Shown here piece after piece: positions 36,980 through 45,450 of a stretch of 64,000 nucleotides of DNA. Positions within the stretch are counted from its first letter, which is position 1. Each line of letters begins with the position of its first letter. Made by a program: the position numbers and the translations under genes. The notes under the pieces were generated by a model that saw only the letters and a program-made list of their open reading frames with translations, did not search any database and was not told the origin of the DNA. The stretch spans positions 64,001 through 128,000 of the forward strand of contig CAWGJT010000015.1 in the NCBI GenBank assembly GCA_963822965.1, read 5' to 3'. This stretch comes from an uncultured delta proteobacterium. Lineage in GTDB: Bacteria; Myxococcota_A; UBA9160; UBA4427.

Positions 36980-37693
36980 TCAGGCTCCGAGCTCGGCGCG
37001 CAGGAACGCGAGGATGTCGCCCCAGGCCTCGCGCGCGGTGGCGGCGTCGTAGACGTCGGGACGCGAGTCGTTGAGGAAGGCGTGGTCCACCCCCAGGTAC
37101 GTCTGGAAGTGATGCCGGACCCCGGCGGCCTCCAGCTCGTCGTCGAGCCGGCGCACCGCCTCGGGCGGAACGAAGTCGTCGTTCTCGGCGAAGACCCCCA
37201 GCACCGCGGCCTGCATCTTCCCGAAGTCGACCCGGACGTTCGGGTGGACGCCGTAGCAGTCGACCACCGCACCGATGCGCCGGTTGCCGGCGCCGGCGTG
37301 CAGGGCGAGCTGTCCGCCCATGCAGAAGCCGATGCAGGCCACGCGGGAGCCCTCGACGGCGTCGTGGTCGAGCAGCGTCGCCACCGCCCGGTCGAGATCC
37401 GCCGACGCCCGGGGAACGTCGAGGTCCATCATCAGGCGCTGGGCCTCGCTGGGATCGCTGGTCTCCTCGCCGCGATAGAGGTCCGGCGCCAACGCCACGA
37501 ATCCCTCGCGCGCCAGCCGGTCGCAGACGTCGCGGACGGGGTCGACGAGACCCCACCATTCCTGGATCACCATCACCCCGGGACCGCTGCCCGTGGGCGG
37601 GAGCGCGAGGTATCCCCGCAGCGCTCCCGCGCCGTCGGATCCCGCCGCGAGGGCGAGGTCGCTGCCGAGACGCCCCTCGGTGCTCGTCGTCAT
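36980..37693 (-). CDS. Dienelactone hydrolase family protein
   Basis: QEWWGL, APDLY, GFCMGG, HAFLND. Confidence 0.95.
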   Translation of the reverse strand: MTTSTEGRLGSDLALAAGSDGAGALRGYLALPPTGSGPGVMVIQEWWGLVDPVRDVCDRLAREGFVALAPDLYRGEETSDPSEAQRLMMDLDVPRASADLDRAVATLLDHDAVEGSRVACIGFCMGGQLALHAGAGNRRIGAVVDCYGVHPNVRVDFGKMQAAVLGVFAENDDFVPPEAVRRLDDELEAAGVRHHFQTYLGVDHAFLNDSRPDVYDAATAREAWGDILAFLRAELGA

Positions 37694-37729
37694 GCCGTCT
37701 CCCGTGTGGTCCGCGTAGCCCGGAGCGTA

Positions 37730-37888
37730 GAGCCCATCTCATGAACCCGCTCGGTCGCCAGGCGGCGTCTTCGCCCCGATCTCATCGTTGCGAAACCTCG
37801 CCGTAGCGACACGACGCCTTCGCTTTCGCGCCTCGATCTCGGGCCGAACTCGCTCGCCTGCCTCGGTCGGGGTTTGTGAGATGGGCTC
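37730..37888. mobile_element. MITE-like non-autonomous element, 159 bp, 19-bp terminal inverted repeats, TA flanks
   Basis: TA|GAGCCCATCTCATGAACCC ... GGGTTTGTGAGATGGGCTC|TA (17/19 match); self-complementary interior; no ORF. Confidence 0.7.
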
Positions 37889-37962
37889 TAGCCGCACCGC
37901 GACTGGATCCGGACCGTCGGGGTGCCCGGGTCGCTCGGAGCGTGACCCGGGGACGGGACGGC

Positions 37963-38907
37963 TCAGGGAAGCTGGGGCGGCAGGAACGGGAAGTTCGTGG
38001 GCAGCCCGGGACCGCCGGGAGTCGGCGCGGGCTTCCCGCAGCCCCCGCTGCAGGGCAGCACCAGCGATTCGCTTCCGAAGGTGGTCGCGATGGGCGGCGG
38101 CGCCGCCCCCGCACCGCCCACGAACGCCGGCCCGAGGGCCACGTCGTCCGGGGAGAAGCGGCCGGCCACGGGCGTCATCGCCAGCTCCTCGCAGGCGTCG
38201 CGCATCAGCACCGCGAGCTGCGGATGCGTGGCCGGCGCGGTGTAGAGGGGCTCGCGCGGCTTGCCGACCACGCAGCCGCCGGCGGGCGCCGTGAGCCGCA
38301 GGGTCGGGTCGGTTCGGCGCTCCACGTCCAGGCCGCTTCCGTACGCGCACACCATGGAGACCACCCCCGCCTTCTCCGCGAACACCAGGGCGTCCTGGTC
38401 GGCGCTCGTGCGGGCGACCCGCAGCCCCGGGGTGGCGAGCTCGGCGGACCCGCCGGCGCCCTCGTCGGAGTCGATCAGCCGCAGGTGGCCGCTCACCAGG
38501 TCGAGGCGCGGTGCGCCCGAGGCCAGGGAGCCCACCTCCACCGTCGACTTCTCGCCCACCCGCACGTAGTAGCTGCCCGCGTCGATGCCCACGTCGGAGT
38601 CTTCCCCGGTGAGCACGCGCTCGCCGTCGTAGAGGGGATCGCGGCACTCGAGGATGCGACGCTCGCCGCCGGGCGTCTCCGCGTAGGCCGCGCCGCGCAC
38701 GCTGACCACGCGCCCGACGGGCGTGGCGCTCTGGGCGATCGCCGCGGCGCCGGGCATCAGCAGCGCGCACACGAGCACGGCTTGCAGGCTGCGGCGGAGC
38801 GCGACGGAGCCGCCGGGCGCTCGACCGGGCGAGGCCGGGGACGGGGGCGAGGCCTGGGGCGGGGGCGAGGCCTGGGAGAGGAAGGGAGTCGTGGAAGAGT
38901 CGCTCAT
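37963..38907 (-). CDS. Secreted FecR-like domain protein
   Basis: Signal peptide; VGRVVSVRG..RRILECRDPLYDGERVLTGEDS..VRVGEKSTVEV..LDLVSGHLR..LATP. Confidence 0.75.
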   Translation of the reverse strand: MSDSSTTPFLSQASPPPQASPPSPASPGRAPGGSVALRRSLQAVLVCALLMPGAAAIAQSATPVGRVVSVRGAAYAETPGGERRILECRDPLYDGERVLTGEDSDVGIDAGSYYVRVGEKSTVEVGSLASGAPRLDLVSGHLRLIDSDEGAGGSAELATPGLRVARTSADQDALVFAEKAGVVSMVCAYGSGLDVERRTDPTLRLTAPAGGCVVGKPREPLYTAPATHPQLAVLMRDACEELAMTPVAGRFSPDDVALGPAFVGGAGAAPPPIATTFGSESLVLPCSGGCGKPAPTPGGPGLPTNFPFLPPQLP

Positions 38908-38921
38908 GTGTCGTCTCGCTC

Positions 38922-40523
38922 TCAGCGGAAGCGGACCCGCACGTAGCCGCCGACCACGTGGCGATGGTAGTCGTAGACGTCCGTGTTGGATCCCGTGTCG
39001 GTGTATCGATAGCGCGCGAGCACGCTCACGTTCTCGGTGACGAACTTCTCCAGCTCGGCGCCGAAGTCCCAGATGCGGTCCCGGTGCTTGGCGTCGACCG
39101 AAGGCGCGTCGCTGTAGACGGACGGCCGGTCGTAGGGCTGGTAGGTGAAGGCGGTCCACGCGTCGAGCCCGACCGTTCCGGGGAGCGTGAGGTCGAAGCC
39201 CGCCAGGAAGCGGTGCAGGTCGGAGTCGAACTCCCGGCCCTCGGAGTCGTAGCGGTTGAAGAGATAGCCGCCGCGCAGCTCGAGGTCGCGCCAGCCGGGC
39301 CGGTAGCGGTGCAGGACTCCCACGCTGGCGAGGGTGCCGTCCCGCTGGATGGCCCGGGGCTGGAACGGCGACGGCGGGTCCACCGGGTCGTACCTGAAGT
39401 CGTACCAGGCACCCGCCACGGTGAGCTCGGTGCGCCCGTACTCGTGCCAGTCCTGGAAGAGGGTTCCCGAGAGGGTGTTGGCCGACAGATAGGGATCGTC
39501 GTTCACCCAGGCATAGCCGTAGTCGTAGCGGGCCCGCAGGGTGGTATCGGGAGCGAGGGCGTAGTCCAGGTAGGCGGCGGCCGTGGGGTAGTGGGCGTCG
39601 AACTCGCTGATGTCGAAGTGGGCGTTGCCCGTGTAGGCGGCGAGCAGGCCGCCCGACCACTGGTCCGTGCGAAAGAGCTCGGCACCGCCGTCGAACGACC
39701 AGTAGCCCAGCCCGTCACGCTTGCCGGAGACCACGTCGCCGTTGATGAATACGTTGCTCACGCCGGCGCCCCGCACCACGACGTTGGAATCGTACTCGAG
39801 CCCGGCCTCCGCGTCGGCCCAGAAGCGCGGCGGCTCGAGGGCGGCCGCCTGGGCCAGGATGCGCTCGGCCTCGGCGATCCACGGCCCGTCGGGATCCTCG
39901 GCGCGCACGCGCTCCAGGGCTTCCCGGGCGCGCTCCTGCTCGTCGAGGTTGCGCCACGCGAGGAACGCGTAGTACGAGGCGACGGGCTCCACGGCGTGCG
40001 GGTCCGCGCGTCGCGCTCGTTCCAGCGAGAGCGCCGCCTCGCGCGTCTGGTCGGACTGCAGCTCGAGCAGTCCGGTGTAGAGATCGAGCAGCGCGCCCTC
40101 GGCGCCGCGCGCCCGCGCCCGGTCCAGGGCGCCGCGCGCCGCGTCGAGCTCATCCAGGTGGTAGTGGGCGATGCCGAGCTGCAGATCCACGTCGGCCGGA
40201 GCGTCCGGAAGCTCGCTTGCGGTCTCCAGGGTGGCGACGGCTGCCGCGTAGTCCCCGCTGCGCACCTGGCAGCGTCCGGCAATGCCTGCGACCCGCGCGT
40301 TCTCCGGTGCCTGATTCCGGTAGAGCGCCACCGCCTCGTCGCAGCGTCCCTGGGCCTCGAGGTCGGCGGCGCGCAGCGCCAGCACGTTGTCCCGGTCGTC
40401 GGCCCCGGCGATTCCCGCCGCCATCAGCCAGACGAGCCCGGCGATCGGGAGCGCGAGCAGCCGCCGCCCCGGCCGGCGCGTTCGTCGCCCTGCCCTCTGC
40501 GGCCCGTGGCCGGCGGGAGTCAT
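38922..40523 (-). CDS. TPR plus outer-membrane beta-barrel protein (DUF560/SLAM-like architecture)
   Basis: Signal peptide; N-terminal TPRs; GLEYDSNV barrel start; alternating aromatic strands; ends YVRVRFR. Confidence 0.78.
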   Translation of the reverse strand: MTPAGHGPQRAGRRTRRPGRRLLALPIAGLVWLMAAGIAGADDRDNVLALRAADLEAQGRCDEAVALYRNQAPENARVAGIAGRCQVRSGDYAAAVATLETASELPDAPADVDLQLGIAHYHLDELDAARGALDRARARGAEGALLDLYTGLLELQSDQTREAALSLERARRADPHAVEPVASYYAFLAWRNLDEQERAREALERVRAEDPDGPWIAEAERILAQAAALEPPRFWADAEAGLEYDSNVVVRGAGVSNVFINGDVVSGKRDGLGYWSFDGGAELFRTDQWSGGLLAAYTGNAHFDISEFDAHYPTAAAYLDYALAPDTTLRARYDYGYAWVNDDPYLSANTLSGTLFQDWHEYGRTELTVAGAWYDFRYDPVDPPSPFQPRAIQRDGTLASVGVLHRYRPGWRDLELRGGYLFNRYDSEGREFDSDLHRFLAGFDLTLPGTVGLDAWTAFTYQPYDRPSVYSDAPSVDAKHRDRIWDFGAELEKFVTENVSVLARYRYTDTGSNTDVYDYHRHVVGGYVRVRFR

Positions 40524-41224
40524 GCAGCTCGCCTGCGACCCGCCCCCGCGGCCAGCAGCATGGCGCCGGCCAGGAGAAGTCCCGTTGCGGGCTCGGGAAC
40601 GTTGATCGTGGCGGTATAGGCGATCCCCAGGTCGGGCGGACCGCTCGCCGCCTCCGGAACGTCCACCGTGTACCGGAACGTCCGCGTGGCGACCAGGTCT
40701 CCGGCGACGAGGGTGAAGTCGTCGCGGGTGAAATGGTAGCCGGCGAAGAAGTAGGGACCGTAGCTGGCGATCACCATGGGATCGGATCCGGCGATGTCGA
40801 CGTCGATGTTCGCCCCCGAGTAGTCGAAGCCGCTCGGGACGAGACCCGTGAGGATGAGGACGAACTCGCTGACATCCGGCAGGGTGTTGTTGATGATCGT
40901 CCAGGTGATCGTGCGGTCGATGCCGGTGGGCGTGTCGTTGATGACGTCCGCCGACTGGAGGCCCACGGCGGCCGCCGTCACACCCGACGCCACGAAGCCG
41001 AAGTCCGCGTCGGTGGGGATGTCGTAGTCGGGAGACAGCTGGAGGGTGCTGTTGTCGAAGCCGTAGGGGGCATTGAAGTAGGGAATGGCCTCGGCGCGGC
41101 TCGAGGCCAGCAGCAAGGAGACGAAGCCGGCCGTCAGCAAGGCGACGAAAGCCGCCGCCCCGCGCGCGTGCGCCCGGGTCGCCCTGCTCCTCCTACGAAG
41201 TCGTCTTCCGCGAAGGTCCTGCAT
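40520..41224 (-). CDS. PEP-CTERM sorting domain protein
   Basis: Signal peptide ending RAEA; INVPEPATGLLLAGAMLLAAGAGRRRAA. Confidence 0.88.
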   Translation of the reverse strand: MQDLRGRRLRRRSRATRAHARGAAAFVALLTAGFVSLLLASSRAEAIPYFNAPYGFDNSTLQLSPDYDIPTDADFGFVASGVTAAAVGLQSADVINDTPTGIDRTITWTIINNTLPDVSEFVLILTGLVPSGFDYSGANIDVDIAGSDPMVIASYGPYFFAGYHFTRDDFTLVAGDLVATRTFRYTVDVPEAASGPPDLGIAYTATINVPEPATGLLLAGAMLLAAGAGRRRAA

Positions 41225-41597
41225 CTGCCCGTCGTCCTCTTGCCTCGGCTCCGGCCGGGGCTCTTCCTCTTCCTGTCGTTGCGGTCGGCCCGTCCCGCGG
41301 CTCTTGCCTCGGCCCGCGCTCCAACCGGCGGGCCCGGGCTCCAGAAAGAGAGGTCGCACCTCGAGCCGGTCGGGTTCCCAGGTGAGTGCGTTCTCGCGGG
41401 CCGATGTGGCGGGCCGAACCCGGGTTCGGCGTGGATTTCCGGCTGGGATCGTCGATCTGCGTCTCGCCGAGCGCGAGTCGGCGAGGCGTCGCCGGCAGCC
41501 GTCGTGCAGCTTGGCTTCGAGCGTGTGCAGGTCCACCCATCGCGCGCTGCACAAGCCGCGCGCCGGCGATGGCCGGTCATTCGAGATCGTCAGGTTG

Positions 41598-42149
41598 CTA
41601 GTCCACGCGCAGGCGCACCGGGCGCTGGAAGGAGCGGTGCACCTCCCCGCCGTTCTCGACCACGGGCGGCCCCAGGGCGTCGTGCTCCAGCAGCCAGGCC
41701 ACGATGCGGAGCAGGTCGGCGTCGCGCGCCCGCACGCAGCCGCCGGAGACGGGCTTGCCCAGCAGCAGCAGATCGCCGCCTCCGTGGAGCGCGATGGAGC
41801 CCGTCTCGGCGAACGGGATCTTCGCCACGCCCATGGGTCCGTCGAGAGACGGCGGCAGCGGCTTCGCGCCGGCGGCGATGGCCTCCGCGCTGGGGTGCCA
41901 GGCCGGGTTCAGGATCACCCGGCCGACGGGATGGTCGCCGCTCGGCGTGTCGTGTGCGGGCGACCCCAGCACGATGCGGATGCGAGGACCCTCGTCGCCG
42001 CTGCGGACGTCGCGGGTGGTCACCTCGAAGCGCTCCCGATCGAGCTCGATCACGAGGCCGGGATCGTCCGCGGCGCGCGCCGGGACGACGGCCGCCGCCG
42101 CGAGCACGAGCAACGCGAGAAGCAGCGAGTGGAGCACGGGTGCGCGCAC
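41598..42149 (-). CDS. L,D-transpeptidase (YkuD family)
   Basis: Signal peptide; TPSG, NPAWHP, GPMG, IALHG..VSGGCVR. Confidence 0.85.
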   Translation of the reverse strand: MRAPVLHSLLLALLVLAAAAVVPARAADDPGLVIELDRERFEVTTRDVRSGDEGPRIRIVLGSPAHDTPSGDHPVGRVILNPAWHPSAEAIAAGAKPLPPSLDGPMGVAKIPFAETGSIALHGGGDLLLLGKPVSGGCVRARDADLLRIVAWLLEHDALGPPVVENGGEVHRSFQRPVRLRVD

Positions 42150-42178
42150 GCGCGCAGCATATCGGATCGGACGCGCGC

Positions 42179-44035
42179 TCACGCGCGCCGCACGAGCACG
42201 GCCGCGAAGGGATCGCCTTCGGGAAACCCCCGCAGCGCGGGAAAGTCCGACCCGGCGGGAGCCGCCGCGATCGCATCCAGGCGCACGCCGGCTCGCTTCG
42301 CCGCCGCGGACACGAGCGCGTCCAGCGGCTGCTTCGGGCGGTCGTTGCGAGACACCAGCAGCCGTCCGCCCGGCGTCAGGTGCGCGAGCGCGCGCGCCAC
42401 CAGGGGAGGCAGCTCCTTCGCGACGGACCAGAACCGGCGGCCCGCCGCGGCCGCGGTCGGCGGATCGAGCACGATGGCGTCGAAACGCTGGGCCGGAGCC
42501 AGGGTCTCGAGATAGCGGCGACCGTCTTGGCGGACGCTCTCGTGCCGGCCGGGATCGATCCCGTTCGCCGACAGGTTGGACTCGAGCCAGCGCAGGTACG
42601 GTGCCGACAGGTCGACGCTCACGGCGTGGGCGCCGCCCGCCGCGAGCCACGCCACGCTGAAGGCGCCGGTGTGCGCGAAGAGATTGAGGAGGCGGCCGCC
42701 GCCGGCGGCGCGCGCCAGGCGCGCGCGATTCTCGCGCTGGTCGAGGTACAGGCCCACCCCGGGCGACGAGCGCAGGGGCCGGCCGAGGCCCGGGTCCACC
42801 CGGAAGCGGACCCCCCGCTCGTGGACGAGAAGCCGTCCCTCGCCCAGGCCGGGCGCTCCGGACGAGATCCCGCGCGCGAGGCGCGTGCACTCGAGCTCGC
42901 CCGGTGGCCGCTCGCGCAGGTGCAGCACCTGGACCACCGGCGGGTCGCCCCCCAGAGCCGGCGACAGCGCGTGCACGAGCGCATCGAGGGCCCGCTCGCG
43001 ATAGGTGCGCGTGGCCGGGCTCGTGACGAGCGCACGCAGCACGGGTCCCAGCCGATCCACGAACAGCCCCGGCAACCCGTCGGCCTCGCCGTGCACCAGG
43101 CGGAAGGCGTCCGTGGGCGGCGTCCCGGGCGGGGGCTCCAGCAGCTCGCGACGGCGCGCCAGGGCGGCGGCCACCCGGGCCTCCACGCTTCGCTCCTGCG
43201 TCTCCGGACGCTTGCCCGCACCCCGGCCCGGCCCTCGGCCGGACGGGGACCACACGCGGGCGGTGAGCCGGCCCGCTCCCTCGATGCACGCGCTGCCGAG
43301 CCGCTCGCCTCCGGGTCCGCGCAGAGCGACCCGGGTGCCGGGCGCGAAGGCCGCCGCATCGTCCGTGTCGTCGTCGCGCAGGATCCAGGGGTGGCCGCGC
43401 CGGACGATGCGGCTGGTGGCCGCGGACACGTGGAAGTCGGGTGCCACGGACTCGGACACGCCGTCGGGATCGCTCGCGAACACCGGCTCGTCGGGCCAGG
43501 CGGGCCCCGGGCCGGACTCCGGCGCCAGGTGCAGCCCCCCGGCCACCAGGATGCCGCCGTGCAGGGCGTCGCCGAGGATCGGGAACCCCGCAGCCGCCAG
43601 GCCGAGCCGCGCGTCCGCGGCGAAGCGGACGCCGCATTCCGGCTCGGTGCTGCGCAGCACGAGCTCGGCGACGCCGCCCCGTTCGCGCCGCTGCTCGAAG
43701 TCGATCCCGGCGCTCGCACCGCGGCGCCGCGCGAGCCGACCGCGAAGCCAGGGAAGCGACGGCACCAGCGCGCGCAGCATCGGCGACGCCGGCGGATCCG
43801 GTGCACCCGCGGCGGCGCCGGCGGCGAGCTCGCGGAGCTGCACCCGTTGCCCCGATGGCACGCGGGCGGCGAGCGCGCGCAGCGGCTGTCCCTGCACGAG
43901 CACGCCGCCCGCGCGCGCGACCGGCTCCCAGGCGGCGGGCTCGACCCCCGGCCAGCCCCGAGAGAGCAGGACCCGAAGCGGCAGGCTGCTGCCCGGGGCG
44001 CGGAACGACGCGGCAAAGGCGGGGGAATCGGTCAC
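42179..44035 (-). CDS. RlmI/RlmK-like rRNA methyltransferase with N-terminal degenerate RluA-like domain
   Basis: GHPWI (PUA), RLVHGEADGLPGLFVDR, GLYLDQRENR, LNLFAHTGAFS, FDAIVLDPP; N-terminal GFPILGDALHG. Confidence 0.85.
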   Translation of the reverse strand: MTDSPAFAASFRAPGSSLPLRVLLSRGWPGVEPAAWEPVARAGGVLVQGQPLRALAARVPSGQRVQLRELAAGAAAGAPDPPASPMLRALVPSLPWLRGRLARRRGASAGIDFEQRRERGGVAELVLRSTEPECGVRFAADARLGLAAAGFPILGDALHGGILVAGGLHLAPESGPGPAWPDEPVFASDPDGVSESVAPDFHVSAATSRIVRRGHPWILRDDDTDDAAAFAPGTRVALRGPGGERLGSACIEGAGRLTARVWSPSGRGPGRGAGKRPETQERSVEARVAAALARRRELLEPPPGTPPTDAFRLVHGEADGLPGLFVDRLGPVLRALVTSPATRTYRERALDALVHALSPALGGDPPVVQVLHLRERPPGELECTRLARGISSGAPGLGEGRLLVHERGVRFRVDPGLGRPLRSSPGVGLYLDQRENRARLARAAGGGRLLNLFAHTGAFSVAWLAAGGAHAVSVDLSAPYLRWLESNLSANGIDPGRHESVRQDGRRYLETLAPAQRFDAIVLDPPTAAAAGRRFWSVAKELPPLVARALAHLTPGGRLLVSRNDRPKQPLDALVSAAAKRAGVRLDAIAAAPAGSDFPALRGFPEGDPFAAVLVRRA

Positions 44036-44168
44036 GGCGCCGATGGTACCGAGCGCCGCCGGCTTCCCCGACCGATCGATCGCCCGCCCGATCCACCGGA
44101 TGGGAGCCGGACTCCCGAGGCGACCTCGAGGAGAGCCCCGGCGAGAAGGCCGCTAGACTGGCGGCACC

Positions 44169-45443
44169 GTGTCCAGCCGGTCTTCCCAGAAACTCGGCCG
44201 CGCGGGGCAGCTGCCCGCGCCGGTGTCGGAGACCGCTTCGCGCCTCGAAGCGGCGGGCTTCGAGGCATGGCTCGTGGGCGAGAGCCTGCTCGAGCTGGTG
44301 CGGGACGGCATGCCGCCCGCCTTCGAGATGGCGACCCCCGCGCCCACGGCGCGGGTGCTCGCCCTCTTTCCGAAGAGCGTGCCCACCCAGCCGGCACGCG
44401 GGGTCGTCACCCGACCCACCGGTGGCGCGCCGATCGACGTCGTGTGCCTGCCGGCGGGCGACTCCATCACCGACGCCCTCGCCCGGCGCGACTTCACGGT
44501 GGCCGCCCTCGCCTTCCGTCCCACGCACGGGCTCCTCTGCGATCCCCACCAGGGCCTGGCCCACCTGGAGGCGGGCCGCCTCTGCTGCGTGGGGCGCGCG
44601 GCGGATCGACTGCGGGAAGATCCGGTGCGGGTGCTGCGGGCGGCGCGGATGGTCTCGGAGCTCGGCCTGCGGCCGGATCCCGAGGTCGAGGACGCCATGC
44701 GCGAGAACGCGCATCTGCTCGCGACCGCGCCGGCCGCACGCCGGCGCCGGGAGCTGGAACGCCTGCTGCTCGGCCCCCGGGCGGACGCCGCGCTGGCGCT
44801 GCTGCGACGGACGGGCGTCGAGCGACAGCTGGTGCGCGGCGTACGCGACGACGCCCCGGCCCTGGTCGCGGAGATGCCCGTCCAGCTGGAGCTGCGCCTC
44901 GCCGCCTGGCTGCGCGGCACGCGCACCCGGCGCCTGCTGCGAGAGCTGCGCTTCGGCATCCCGCGCTCCCACCACGTGGAGCGACTGCTCGCCCACCACC
45001 CCCTGGACGCGTGCGTGAACCCGTCCCGGGACCGATCGCTGCTGCGGCTGCTGCGCCAGCTCGACGAGGTCGACGTGGCGGCGCTCTTCCAGATGCGCGA
45101 GTGGGAGCTGGCCCACGGCCTCGCGGCGGAGGCGGAGGCGGAGGCCGCGTCCCTCGACGTCCAGGCGACGCGCAAGCGACTGTCGGCGTTGCGGGACGGG
45201 ATCGAGCGCGTTCGCGCGAACCAGAGCCGCGGCGAGCGCCGCACCACGCTGGCGCTGGACGGCAAGGCCGTGATGGAGCTGCTGCAGTGCGGACCCGGCC
45301 GGCACGTGGGTGCGGCCCTGCGCTACGCCGCAGAGCTCGTGGCCGCGGACCCCTCCCGCAACGATCCGGCGATCCTGGGGGAGGCGCTTCGCGAGTGGGA
45401 TCGGCGTCGCCGCCAGGCCGGCGACGAGCCCAAGGCACGCTGA
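44169..45443 (+). CDS. tRNA nucleotidyltransferase/poly(A) polymerase family protein with degenerate catalytic motifs
   Basis: [47 protein letters not shown]; motif A reads VGESLLE..PPAFE. Confidence 0.8.
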   Translation: MSSRSSQKLGRAGQLPAPVSETASRLEAAGFEAWLVGESLLELVRDGMPPAFEMATPAPTARVLALFPKSVPTQPARGVVTRPTGGAPIDVVCLPAGDSITDALARRDFTVAALAFRPTHGLLCDPHQGLAHLEAGRLCCVGRAADRLREDPVRVLRAARMVSELGLRPDPEVEDAMRENAHLLATAPAARRRRELERLLLGPRADAALALLRRTGVERQLVRGVRDDAPALVAEMPVQLELRLAAWLRGTRTRRLLRELRFGIPRSHHVERLLAHHPLDACVNPSRDRSLLRLLRQLDEVDVAALFQMREWELAHGLAAEAEAEAASLDVQATRKRLSALRDGIERVRANQSRGERRTTLALDGKAVMELLQCGPGRHVGAALRYAAELVAADPSRNDPAILGEALREWDRRRRQAGDEPKAR

Positions 45444-45450
45444 CCGGCAC

